This document shows positions 11,531 to 21,209 of a DNA stretch of 64,000 bases, piece after piece. A program made the translations under genes and the position numbers. Within the stretch, counting starts at the first letter, position 1; each line of letters starts with the position of its first letter. The DNA lies in the sequence record SRR20825006_2737, one strand, 5' to 3'. The notes under the pieces were generated by a model, which made no database searches, was not told where the DNA came from, and was given only the letters and a program-made list of their open reading frames with translations.

Positions 11531-13930
11531 ATGGCGACTGGTACGCCGACGAACGGTCCGGATGACGCAGCCTTGTCATCGGACTCAGGCACAGAAGAGG
11601 TTCGGCTGGAACAGTTTCAATATGACGACGGCATTGTCCGTTTGTTTGCGACGGCCACGATTGTGTGGGGCATTGTCGCAACCCTGGTTGGCCTGATCGT
11701 CGCTGTGCTGCTGGTGCTTCCGTCGATCACGGGTGGATTGCCCTGGTTCTCGTTCGCGAGGCTGCGTCCTCTGCACACCAACGCCGCCATCTTCGCATTT
11801 GCCGGCAACGGTATTTTCGCCGCGGTCTACTACAGCACACAACGACTTTGCAAAGCCCGTATGTGGAGCGACGTCCTCAGTCGTCTGCACTTCTGGGGTT
11901 GGCAACTCATCATTGTCCTGGCAGCCATCACGCTTCCTCTGGGCATCACCCAAAGCCGCGAATATGCGGAACTGGAATGGCCGATCGATTTGTTGATCGC
12001 GGTCGTTTGGTTGTTCATTTTCGGTGGCAATTTCTTGATGACGTTGATCAAGCGACGCGAGCGACACATGTACGTCGCGTTGTGGTTCTACATTGCCACG
12101 ATCGTGACAGTCGCGTTGTTGCACGTGTTCAACAACCTCGTCATTCCCGCTGGTTGGTTCAAAGGGTACAGCGTTTACGCGGGTGTCCAAGACGCATTCA
12201 TGCAGTGGTGGTATGGCCACAACGCGGTTGCGTTTTTCTTGACGACGCCATTCCTGGGGCTGATGTACTACTTCCTGCCCAAGGCGGCTGAACGGCCGGT
12301 TTTCAGCTACAAACTCAGCATCATCCACTTCTGGTCGCTGGTCTTCATTTACATCTGGGCCGGTCCTCACCACCTGCACTACACCGCACTTCCCGAATGG
12401 GCCAGCACACTGGGCATGTTGTTCAGCCTGATGCTGTGGATGCCCAGCTGGGGCGGAATGATCAATGGTTTGCTGACCCTGCGTGGTGCATGGCACAAAG
12501 TCGCCGCTGATCCGGTGCTGAAGTTCTTTGTCGTCGGCGTAACGTTCTACGGCATGAGCACCTTTGAAGGCCCCATGTTGTCGATCAAGTCGATCAACGC
12601 GTTCACTCACTACACCGATTGGACCATCGCACACGTTCACGCGGGTGCACTCGGTTGGAACGGGTTCATGGTGTTCGGCATGCTGTACTGGCTGCTGCCA
12701 CGCTTGTTCCAAACCAAAATGTGGAGCGACAAACTGGTCAGCTTGCACTTCTGGACCGGGACCATCGGAATTCTGCTCTATATCATCCCGATCTACGCTG
12801 CTGGCCTGATGCAAGGCTGGATGTGGCGAGCGATGGATGACACCGGCCACTTGATGTACCCGGACTTCATTGAAACAACTCAATCCATCGTTCCACTGTG
12901 GTGGCTGCGAGTTGTTGGAGGCGTGCTGTACGTCAGCGGCATGCTGATGCTGGGTATCAACTCCATGATGACATGGATGGGACGCCCTGCTGAGTATGAA
13001 AACCCAGTTCATACCGCACCTCGCTTGACCCAAACCTACATCGATCACACACCGACTCCCACCAGTGCGATTGATGGTGCCCCAGTGCTGGAGCTCGGCA
13101 AAAAGGTCAGTATTTGGAGTCAAATGGGATGGCACCGTCGTTGGGAACGGTTGCCAGTTCGTTTCACTGTGTTCACCACAATCGCCGTCGTTGTCGCCAC
13201 ATTGTTTGAGGTGATTCCGACGTTCTTGATCCGGTCCAATGTGCCGACCATCGCGACCGTCAAACCATACACACCGTTGGAACTCGCCGGACGACACATC
13301 TTCGTCTCGGAAGGCTGTTACAACTGCCACTCACAAATGATTCGCCCAATCGTTTCGGAAACCAAACGCTACGGCGAGTACAGCAAGCCAGGCGAATTCA
13401 TCTACGATCGTCCGTTCCAGTGGGGCAGCCGCCGCATCGGTCCTGACTTGGCTCGCGAAGGTGGCAAGCAAAGCAGCTTTTGGCATTGGACTCACTTCGA
13501 GAACCCAGAGAACGTTTCGCCGGGAAGTGTGATGCCCGCCTATGGGCATCTCCTGACCGAGGAAATGAACTACGACGCCATCGCCCCACACGTCAAAGTC
13601 GCGGCCTACTTGGGCGCGGAGTACACCGACGAAGAGCTGAACAACACGGCCGAAGTCGCTTACAAACAAGCTGAATACATCGCGGCGGACATTGTCGCGC
13701 AAGGTGGCCCCGCGAAGGCTTACGAAAAACAAGCGGTCGCGTTGATCGCCTATCTGCAACGCGTCGGCGTGGACTTGTTCGCGACGGAAGAACCGGCCGC
13801 GGAAGAATCCGCCGAACCAGCAGACGCGGACTCCGAATCGAGTGAAGAAACCGCTGAACCTGCGGTTGAAGAAGCGGCCCAGGCCGTAACGGGCGACGGA
13901 CCAAACCAAGACACTTTCGTGGTGAACTAG
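11531..13930 (+). CDS. ccoNO: cbb3-type cytochrome c oxidase, fused subunits I and II (CcoN-CcoO)
   Basis: RLRPLHTN, WWYGHNAV, WAGPHHLH, IAHVHAG (CcoN) followed in frame by EGCYNCHSQMIRP and WGSRRIGPDLAR (CcoO). Confidence 0.95.
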   Translation: MATGTPTNGPDDAALSSDSGTEEVRLEQFQYDDGIVRLFATATIVWGIVATLVGLIVAVLLVLPSITGGLPWFSFARLRPLHTNAAIFAFAGNGIFAAVYYSTQRLCKARMWSDVLSRLHFWGWQLIIVLAAITLPLGITQSREYAELEWPIDLLIAVVWLFIFGGNFLMTLIKRRERHMYVALWFYIATIVTVALLHVFNNLVIPAGWFKGYSVYAGVQDAFMQWWYGHNAVAFFLTTPFLGLMYYFLPKAAERPVFSYKLSIIHFWSLVFIYIWAGPHHLHYTALPEWASTLGMLFSLMLWMPSWGGMINGLLTLRGAWHKVAADPVLKFFVVGVTFYGMSTFEGPMLSIKSINAFTHYTDWTIAHVHAGALGWNGFMVFGMLYWLLPRLFQTKMWSDKLVSLHFWTGTIGILLYIIPIYAAGLMQGWMWRAMDDTGHLMYPDFIETTQSIVPLWWLRVVGGVLYVSGMLMLGINSMMTWMGRPAEYENPVHTAPRLTQTYIDHTPTPTSAIDGAPVLELGKKVSIWSQMGWHRRWERLPVRFTVFTTIAVVVATLFEVIPTFLIRSNVPTIATVKPYTPLELAGRHIFVSEGCYNCHSQMIRPIVSETKRYGEYSKPGEFIYDRPFQWGSRRIGPDLAREGGKQSSFWHWTHFENPENVSPGSVMPAYGHLLTEEMNYDAIAPHVKVAAYLGAEYTDEELNNTAEVAYKQAEYIAADIVAQGGPAKAYEKQAVALIAYLQRVGVDLFATEEPAAEESAEPADADSESSEETAEPAVEEAAQAVTGDGPNQDTFVVN

Positions 13931-13990
13931 CACTTCCGCGAAACGTCATTTGACTCCGAAGCCTTTCCAAAATTCCTTTGTGAGAACGTC

Positions 13991-14167
13991 ATGATCCGAG
14001 ATCTAGTCAGCGCTCTCGATTATTCATCGTTTGCCGAATTGGCACTCGCTCTGTTTGTCATCGCCTTTGCCACGATGACTTATGGAACACTCCGACTTTC
14101 CAAGAATGCAACTGATCGATTCGCATCGATTCCACTGAGTGACGAAGTGGAGGACCCACGACCATGA
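13991..14167 (+). CDS. ccoQ: cbb3 oxidase subunit CcoQ-like small membrane protein (58 aa; absent from ORF track)
   Basis: MIRDLVSALDYSSFAELALALFVIAFATMTYGTLRLSKNATDRFASIPLSDEVEDPRP*: one TM then ASIPL-D; TGA overlaps ccoP ATG (ATGA). Confidence 0.8.
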   Translation: MIRDLVSALDYSSFAELALALFVIAFATMTYGTLRLSKNATDRFASIPLSDEVEDPRP

Positions 14168-14781
14168 GCCAAGTGACAGAATACGACAACGCGCCCAAGA
14201 CCGATCACGCATATGACGGGATCGAGGAGTTCGACAATCCGTTGCCGGGTTGGTGGAAGTGGTTGTTTGTTGCTTCGATCGTGTTTAGCCCGTTCTACTT
14301 CCTCTTCTATCACGGCGGTGCCGCCGGTCGTTCGGTGGAAGATCAGTACGGCATCGCGTTGGCGGAAAACACCCGTCTGCAATTCGCGGAAATCGGTGAT
14401 TTGAATCCAGATGAAGCGACCCTGGCCAGCTACATGAACAAACCCAATTGGGTTCGTGTCGGTCAGTCTGTCTTCAAAGCCAACTGCATCTCTTGCCATG
14501 GGCGCGAAGGCGAAGGGCAGGTTGGTCCAAACCTGACCGATGAATACTACAAGAACGTGAAGAACATCGAAGACATCGCCAAGGTCATCATCAACGGTGC
14601 CGGTGGCGGAGCGATGCCGAAGTGGTCGGATCGGCTGCATCCGAATGAAATCGTTCTGGTTTCCGCGTATGTCGCAACGTTGCGTGGCCAAAACATTGAA
14701 AGCAACCGAGGTCCGGAAGGCAAAACCATTCCACCGTGGCCCGAACCTGTTGAAGACGAACCCGAAACCCCCGAAGAATAA
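14164..14781 (+). CDS. ccoP: cbb3 oxidase subunit III (short, single heme)
   Basis: HAYDGIEEFDNPLPGWW N-terminus, one CISCH, GPNLTD, MPKW. Confidence 0.9.
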   Translation: MSQVTEYDNAPKTDHAYDGIEEFDNPLPGWWKWLFVASIVFSPFYFLFYHGGAAGRSVEDQYGIALAENTRLQFAEIGDLNPDEATLASYMNKPNWVRVGQSVFKANCISCHGREGEGQVGPNLTDEYYKNVKNIEDIAKVIINGAGGGAMPKWSDRLHPNEIVLVSAYVATLRGQNIESNRGPEGKTIPPWPEPVEDEPETPEE

Positions 14782-14792
14782 GACCAAATCCA

Positions 14793-16310
14793 ATGTCCAC
14801 CCGAGCATCGTTGCCTTTGTTTTCGCCTTCGCCTTGCAAGGTGTGCTATGCGGCGGATCGCGATGGGACATCGGGTGGATCGGGAGCATCTCAAAACAAT
14901 GAAGCATTGCTCAAACCAGAAGATCACGTTCTGAGCACGCTGGAAGCCGATGGCAGCCGCCGTTGGCTTCGACCAAAGCTATCAATGGGCGAATGGTGGA
15001 AACGCCGGCGCGTCATCGCTTACATCTTGATGGTGGTTTTTGTAGCCATCCCGCATTTGCGGATCGGTGGAAAGCCTCTGATTTTGCTCGACATCGCCGC
15101 CCGTGAATTCACGGTGCTGGGTAAAACCTTTTATCCAACCGACACGTTGGTGCTGGCATTGTTCATGCTCAGCATCTTCGTGAGCATCGTCTTGATCACC
15201 GCGATCACCGGCCGAGCTTGGTGCGGTTGGGCATGCCCACAAACCGTCTACATGGAATTTTTGTTCCGCCCCATCGATCGCTTTTTCGATGGCACGCTGG
15301 GCAAAGGCGGCAAGCCGGCACGCGGCATCAGCCCGGTTTGGCAGATCGCTCGCTTTGCCGTTTATCTTGTCCTCTGCATGTTTTTGGCTCACACATTTTT
15401 GGCCTACTTTGTGGGCACCGAGAAACTTGCACAGTGGGTCCGGAGTTCACCAATCGATCATCCGTCGGCGTTTCTCGTCATGGCGGCCACGACAGGATTG
15501 ATGCTGTTCGATTTCCTGTTTTTTCGAGAACAACTGTGTCTCATCGCGTGCCCTTACGGACGCTTTCAATCGGTCATGCTCGACGAGCAATCCAAGATCG
15601 TTGCCTATGACCCGGTACGCGGCGAACCTCGCATCAAAGGAAAACGAACACACGACGATGATCGTGGAGTTGATCTGGTGCGTGGAAAAGCCGCCGGCGA
15701 TTGTGTCGATTGCCACCAATGCGTCGTGGTTTGTCCAACCGGAATCGACATTCGCGACGGACTGCAAATGGAGTGCATCAATTGCACCCAGTGCATCGAC
15801 GCGTGCGATGACGTGATGGAAAAAGTGGGTAAACCGAAGGGATTGATTCGCTACAGCTCACAGGACGCCATCGCTCGCAAACCGAAGAAATTGCTGCGTG
15901 CAAGAACGATCATTTACCCAATCGTTTTGGTGGGAGTCTTCTCCGGTTTGGCCATGGCGATCTCCAGCAAAAGCGGATTTGACGCGAGGATTCTCCGCGG
16001 ACGTGGGGCACCTTACTCATTGCTGGGTGCCAAAGAAGTTTCCAACGCATTCAATCTGCGTTTGGTCAATCGCACCGAGATTGACCAAACTTATGAACTG
16101 TCGACAAACGACTCGAGTGTTGAGGTCGAAATCATCGACGCCGACGCCCAACACCTCGAACCAGCCGAATCGAAACTGCTGCCGATTCGATTGAATTTCC
16201 CTTCATCCATGACCATGGGCGATGGAAACGAATCAATCGAACTGACGGTCAAGGATCAAAGCGGCAATGAACGCATTATCTCTATGAAGGTCTTGGGGCC
16301 ACGCCGCTAA
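14793..16310 (+). CDS. ccoG: Cytochrome c oxidase accessory polyferredoxin
   Basis: GRAWCGWACPQ, CPYGRFQSV, CVDCHQCVVVCPTGIDIR, CINCTQCIDAC. Confidence 0.92.
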   Translation: MSTRASLPLFSPSPCKVCYAADRDGTSGGSGASQNNEALLKPEDHVLSTLEADGSRRWLRPKLSMGEWWKRRRVIAYILMVVFVAIPHLRIGGKPLILLDIAAREFTVLGKTFYPTDTLVLALFMLSIFVSIVLITAITGRAWCGWACPQTVYMEFLFRPIDRFFDGTLGKGGKPARGISPVWQIARFAVYLVLCMFLAHTFLAYFVGTEKLAQWVRSSPIDHPSAFLVMAATTGLMLFDFLFFREQLCLIACPYGRFQSVMLDEQSKIVAYDPVRGEPRIKGKRTHDDDRGVDLVRGKAAGDCVDCHQCVVVCPTGIDIRDGLQMECINCTQCIDACDDVMEKVGKPKGLIRYSSQDAIARKPKKLLRARTIIYPIVLVGVFSGLAMAISSKSGFDARILRGRGAPYSLLGAKEVSNAFNLRLVNRTEIDQTYELSTNDSSVEVEIIDADAQHLEPAESKLLPIRLNFPSSMTMGDGNESIELTVKDQSGNERIISMKVLGPRR

Positions 16311-16312
16311 TC

Positions 16313-16846
16313 ATGTCATCGCAAACCGAACTCAAACCATCCGTGGAAACGCAACAAAAGGATGAGCGTCGTGCCAAACGATTCTACATTGGTTTGGTGC
16401 TGTTGCTTTTCGCGATCCAAGCAACCATCCTCGGCACCGCGCTCAAACTTGCGATTGGCGATCCGGCTTTAGCCGTGGTCCCGGACTACCATCAGGCAGC
16501 ATTGAACTGGGATGAGTCTTATCGTGCTTCGCTGGCGTCCGATCGCTTGGGATGGAACGTCGATGTCATCGTTTCAAAAGTCTCGGACTCAAAAGGACAG
16601 CGAGCGATCTCTGTCGAATTGCACAACCAGCAAGGGAAAACGCTGGACGATCTGAATGTCGACGCGGTCGTTTATCGCCATGCCGATGCGGGTGCGTTTC
16701 AGGCGGTTGACTTGCCAAGCATGGGCGAAGGCCGTTACCTCGGAATGGCCTCGATGCCGCAACAAGGACTATGGCAACTCGAAGTGACCGTCGATGGAGC
16801 GGGAGAACCGATGACACTTTCTCGCACACTCGAATTGGAAGATTGA
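16313..16846 (+). CDS. ccoH: FixH/CcoH family protein
   Basis: Single TM, VVPDYHQAALNWD, GRY..GLWQL; position in cco operon. Confidence 0.8.
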   Translation: MSSQTELKPSVETQQKDERRAKRFYIGLVLLLFAIQATILGTALKLAIGDPALAVVPDYHQAALNWDESYRASLASDRLGWNVDVIVSKVSDSKGQRAISVELHNQQGKTLDDLNVDAVVYRHADAGAFQAVDLPSMGEGRYLGMASMPQQGLWQLEVTVDGAGEPMTLSRTLELED

Positions 16847-16847
16847 G

Positions 16848-17669
16848 ATGTGGATGTTAGCCAGTGCCGTCGTCACGGCCAGTTTGTTAGGCAGCATGCA
16901 CTGCGTTGGCATGTGCGGACCTCTGGCGATTTGGGCCAGCGGTGCTGGTGAGAAACAACCGAAGTCGACGGTGATTTGGTCCACGACGCTGTATCACCTT
17001 GGTCGACTATCGACATACGTCTTGGCGGGACTGATCGCCGGCACCATTGGCAACTTGGTTGAAATTGGTGGCGAAACGCTGGGGATTCAGCTAGCTGCCG
17101 CACGTGTGGTTGGCTCGATCATGATGGGACTGGGCATTTGGAAACTTTGGCAGATCGTTTCCGTTCGCAGCAACGCCCCGAAACCAATCACCCCGTCTCG
17201 AATTGGTGGCCTGCTCGTACGGTTGCGACCCCTGATTTTCAAATTGCCAGTCGGCGGACGAGCCCTTGCGATTGGAATGCTAACCACGTTGCTGCCTTGC
17301 GGATGGTTGTATTTGTTCGCTCTAGTCGCAGCGGGTACTGGGCAAACACTCAACGGCGGTTTGGTGATGGCAGCGTTTTGGTTGGGAACCGTCCCCGCGC
17401 TGACGGCACTCATTGCGGGCACCCAATCGCTATCTCGCCGTTTCACTAAATTCATTCCCGCCGCCGCCGCCGCGACGTTGATTATCACCGGTGGGTACAC
17501 CGCATCAGGACGCGGCTTCGCAGATTTGAATTCATTGACTGATATCCGCGCCAATGTGGACGTGGATCTGAATGGCACAAACTCGCAGCAAACGCTTTCC
17601 GAGCTGACCGAGACACCGCTGCCTTGCTGCTGCGCCGAGGGCATTCCCTGCGAAACGCCGCAGGAGTGA
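16848..17669 (+). CDS. DsbD_2 / sulfite exporter TauE-SafE-like membrane protein (cbb3 assembly)
   Basis: GSMHCVGMCGP, YHLGR, LLPCGWLY, FWLGTVP motifs. Confidence 0.85.
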   Translation: MWMLASAVVTASLLGSMHCVGMCGPLAIWASGAGEKQPKSTVIWSTTLYHLGRLSTYVLAGLIAGTIGNLVEIGGETLGIQLAAARVVGSIMMGLGIWKLWQIVSVRSNAPKPITPSRIGGLLVRLRPLIFKLPVGGRALAIGMLTTLLPCGWLYLFALVAAGTGQTLNGGLVMAAFWLGTVPALTALIAGTQSLSRRFTKFIPAAAAATLIITGGYTASGRGFADLNSLTDIRANVDVDLNGTNSQQTLSELTETPLPCCCAEGIPCETPQE

Positions 17670-17678
17670 TGACATATC

Positions 17679-20180
17679 ATGCCTTCGAATCTCGGTGCGT
17701 CTAAGAACGAGGACGCTTCGTCGACCATCGAAACGTCGCTTCCTTGCGTGCACTGCGGTGAACCAACCGAGGTGCATCGCGATGCCGATCCGAAGACTGT
17801 CTTTTGCTGCAACGGTTGTCGTGGTGCCTATGAGCTGATCCATGGCTGGGGCTTGGAAAGCTACTACGGATTGCGAGACCAATTGGCTGGCGGTGGACAG
17901 CCAATCGACCGCGAAGGCCAAGCAACTTCCGCGGATTCGCTGCACGAGCGATACACCGTCTTTGATCGAGCCGACTACTTGGGTGCATCTCAACCAATCG
18001 AGCAATCCGACGGAACGATGGTGTGTGAACTGGCCGTGCATGGACTGCATTGTGCCGCCTGTGCGTGGCTGATTGAAAACGTTGCGACACAAACGCCAGG
18101 TTGGCTGGATGCTCGCGTGAAGATGAGTGAGCACACGATGCGAGTCGTGTTCGATCCTAAGAAAATCTCACTCAGCCGAATCGCTCAACCGCTCGACCGG
18201 CTCGGCTATGAACTGTCGCCGCTACCCGAACACCGCGAAGATCATTTTCGGCAAGAGAATCATCGCCTGTTGATCCAAATTGCTTTCGCAGGGTTTTGCG
18301 CCGCCAATGCGATGTGGATTGCGATTGCGTTGTACGCTGGCGAAGCATCTGACGTGGAGGCCGAGCACTGGTCATTTCTCAGATGGATGGGGACCGGGTT
18401 GGGATTGGCAGCCGTGCTTTTACCCGGGCGAACGTTTTTCCAAGGTGCTTGGGCCTCGATTAAAACGCGAACGCCGCACATGGACCTTCCCGTTGCATTG
18501 GGCCTGACGGTCGGAACCGTCGCGGGCGTCATTGCGGCAATCACGGGGCAGGGCGAGTCCTACTTTGATTCGCTGGCGGTGTTGGTTTTTCTGCTCTTGA
18601 TTGGACGCTGGATTCAATTTCATCAACAGCACCGCGCAGCCAAAGCGGTCGATTTGCTGCTTCGAATCACACCTCGTCACACACAACGCATATTGGCAAA
18701 CAATCAAACCGAACTCGTATTGGTCGACAATTTGCGTCCCGACGATTCGGTAAGGGTGATGGCGGGACAAAGCGTTCCGGTCGATGGAGTGATCCTTGTT
18801 GGCCAATCATCGATCGATCAATCTTTGCTGACCGGCGAAAGTTTGCCGGTCTCGGTACAGGAAGGCGATTCCGTTTCCGCTGGAACGGTGAACCTGCAAA
18901 GTCCGCTCGACATTCGCGTGACGTCAGTCGGGCGTGAAAGCCGCATTGGACAGGTCATGCAATCGGTGGAAGAGGCGGCGGCGCAGAAGACTCCGATCGT
19001 GCAGCTTGCCGATTCGATCGGTGGCTACTTCGTTGTGATCGTCACTCTACTGGCCATTGCGACTTTTTTTGCTTGGCTGAGCGACGGGTTTGGGATCGCT
19101 GCTTCGCACGCGACTTCATTGCTCATTGTTGCCTGTCCGTGTGCGTTGGCGTTGGCCACACCGCTGGCAATCGCGGTGGCACTGGGACGAGCAGCCAAGC
19201 GGAAGATCTTGATTCGCGACGGATCTTCGCTGCAAACGCTGGCTTCCGTCGGAACAATTTGGTTCGACAAAACCGGCACACTGACCGAAGGCAAACCAAG
19301 AGCCACCTTTGTCGAGGGTGATGCTTCAGCCATCGCTCACGCAGCCGCAATCGAACGGCACTGTGAACATCCAATCGCGATTGCAATTCAGAGGGAGGCA
19401 AGTCGACGTGATTTAGTCGTTCCGACAAATGCTCAACTCGGGCAAGTCCACGTTGGTGGCGTTTCCGGATACAGCGATGGGCACGCGGTTTTAGTTGGCA
19501 GCCTCTCATTCATGCAAGACAACCATGTTGTCATCCCCGAACCGGTTCTCGCCGCGTGCGATCACTGCACCAATCAATCTGCCAGCCCCAGTATCATTGC
19601 AATCGATGGCATTGCTTCATGCGTGCTCGCGATCAATGACCCGCTCAAACCAAACGTCGGCCAATTCATCGAATCGCTAAAACGCCGAGGTTGGCGAGTT
19701 GGAATTCTATCCGGGGACCACCCCCAAATCGTGGCTCATGTTTCCGAACAGTTGAACCTGGACACCGCGAAGGCACTCGGGGGTTTGTCGCCCGAGGACA
19801 AATTGCAACACGTCCGCGATCATTCAAATGGTTCAACGGTCATGGTTGGCGACGGTGCCAACGATGCCGCGGCACTGGCGGCGGCCGATGTGGGAATCGC
19901 GGTTCGCGGTGGTGCCGAGGTCAGTTTACAAGCTGCACCGATTTACGTTGCCTCGGACAGTATGACATCCATTTCAGATCTGATTGGTGCCGCACGGCGA
20001 ACACAAGCTCTGATACGAACGGCTTTCGCCGCCTCGCTCAGCTACAATTTGATAGCGGTTGCTTTGGCAATGTCGGGACGAATCAGCCCCCTCGTCGCGG
20101 CGATCTTGATGCCGATCAGTTCGGTCACCGTGCTAGCACTCACGCTGGCATGGCCCATTTATCGCGAAAAACAATCATGA
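17679..20180 (+). CDS. ccoI: Heavy-metal (Cu) P1B-type ATPase
   Basis: CVHCG/FCCNGC N-terminal domain, GLHCAAC HMA domain, TGES, CPC, DKTGT, GDGAND. Confidence 0.92.
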   Translation: MPSNLGASKNEDASSTIETSLPCVHCGEPTEVHRDADPKTVFCCNGCRGAYELIHGWGLESYYGLRDQLAGGGQPIDREGQATSADSLHERYTVFDRADYLGASQPIEQSDGTMVCELAVHGLHCAACAWLIENVATQTPGWLDARVKMSEHTMRVVFDPKKISLSRIAQPLDRLGYELSPLPEHREDHFRQENHRLLIQIAFAGFCAANAMWIAIALYAGEASDVEAEHWSFLRWMGTGLGLAAVLLPGRTFFQGAWASIKTRTPHMDLPVALGLTVGTVAGVIAAITGQGESYFDSLAVLVFLLLIGRWIQFHQQHRAAKAVDLLLRITPRHTQRILANNQTELVLVDNLRPDDSVRVMAGQSVPVDGVILVGQSSIDQSLLTGESLPVSVQEGDSVSAGTVNLQSPLDIRVTSVGRESRIGQVMQSVEEAAAQKTPIVQLADSIGGYFVVIVTLLAIATFFAWLSDGFGIAASHATSLLIVACPCALALATPLAIAVALGRAAKRKILIRDGSSLQTLASVGTIWFDKTGTLTEGKPRATFVEGDASAIAHAAAIERHCEHPIAIAIQREASRRDLVVPTNAQLGQVHVGGVSGYSDGHAVLVGSLSFMQDNHVVIPEPVLAACDHCTNQSASPSIIAIDGIASCVLAINDPLKPNVGQFIESLKRRGWRVGILSGDHPQIVAHVSEQLNLDTAKALGGLSPEDKLQHVRDHSNGSTVMVGDGANDAAALAAADVGIAVRGGAEVSLQAAPIYVASDSMTSISDLIGAARRTQALIRTAFAASLSYNLIAVALAMSGRISPLVAAILMPISSVTVLALTLAWPIYREKQS

Positions 20181-20386
20181 GTGTTCTGTTCATCGCTCTT
20201 CCGTTGGCCTTGTTGTTGGGTGCGGGTGGAACAATCGCCTGCATCATGTGCATCCGTGGTGGCCAATACGACGATTTAGAATCCCCTGCCGTCCGAATTT
20301 TGATCGACGACGAGCCCAAACCAAAGCAATCGACGGCCACGAAAACAGCCGACACCGCCCAGCCTTCCCAAGATCGCACACGCTGA
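20177..20386 (+). CDS. ccoS: cbb3 oxidase maturation protein (69 aa)
   Basis: MSVLFIALPLALLLGAGG..GQYDDLESPAVRILIDD; ATG overlaps ccoI TGA. Confidence 0.88.
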   Translation: MSVLFIALPLALLLGAGGTIACIMCIRGGQYDDLESPAVRILIDDEPKPKQSTATKTADTAQPSQDRTR

Positions 20387-20429
20387 ATTTTGAGCGAAAT
20401 TTGGCTTGGTGGTGGCCGATAAGAGGCTT

Positions 20430-21194
20430 ATGGACCGCCACTCGCTCAAAATTGCACACTTGCACGATCACGACACCCACGACTTGGTGATCGCAACTCA
20501 CGGTTTCCTTTCCAACGGAAAGAGCCTGGATCCAATCGCGGATTCGCTAACGTCCGCCGGGTATGAAACTTTGGTGTGGGATTACCCCAGCTTGCGCGGT
20601 TCGATTTTGTCGCATGCAGGTTGCCTTACAGCGGTGATTCAGAAAGCCCTCTGCAGACCCGACATCGGACGAATCCACTTCGTTACACACAGCATGGGCG
20701 GCATCATTGCGAGAGCGGCCATCGCCCAATCTCGCATGGAAACGATCGCGAAAAAGCGTTGTGGCCGATTGCTGATGATGGCACCGCCGAATCGCGGTTC
20801 CTGGCTGACAAGATTGCCACTCGGGCCGTTCGCGAACCGTTTTCCACAACTCGCGGAACTGTCCGAAAACGAGAGCAGCCTGGTCAACCAGCTACCGCGT
20901 CCTCATCGAATTGATGTCGGCGTGATCGCGGCGCAAAAAGACTGGATCGTTTCCGAGAGTGCGACCCACCTGGACGGGCAAGCCGATCATGCCGTGATTG
21001 CGACGTCGCATCAGCGATTGGTTCAACATCCGCTCGCCATCGAGATGACGCTTCGCTTCCTCGAAGAAGGGAGATTGCGAACGGTTGCCGAAACCGATGC
21101 GGCGGCAATGACGATTCCAATTCGTCCGCGGACCAAACTGAACGATTCAGTCCACGACGAGCGAACGGCGGGCAATCAACGGCGTGCCGCCTGA
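20430..21194 (+). CDS. Alpha/beta-fold hydrolase (esterase/lipase-like)
   Basis: THGFL, nucleophile elbow THSMGG, PPNRGS. Confidence 0.8.
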   Translation: MDRHSLKIAHLHDHDTHDLVIATHGFLSNGKSLDPIADSLTSAGYETLVWDYPSLRGSILSHAGCLTAVIQKALCRPDIGRIHFVTHSMGGIIARAAIAQSRMETIAKKRCGRLLMMAPPNRGSWLTRLPLGPFANRFPQLAELSENESSLVNQLPRPHRIDVGVIAAQKDWIVSESATHLDGQADHAVIATSHQRLVQHPLAIEMTLRFLEEGRLRTVAETDAAAMTIPIRPRTKLNDSVHDERTAGNQRRAA

Positions 21195-21209
21195 CACGCG
21201 GCGATTTGA

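Noticed and set aside
11585-13330. 581-aa ORF antisense to ccoNO
   Set aside because: Shadow ORF with no recognisable domain.
19691-20176. Upstream part of the 231-aa ORF containing ccoS
   Set aside because: Lies within ccoI; the real ccoS starts at 20177.
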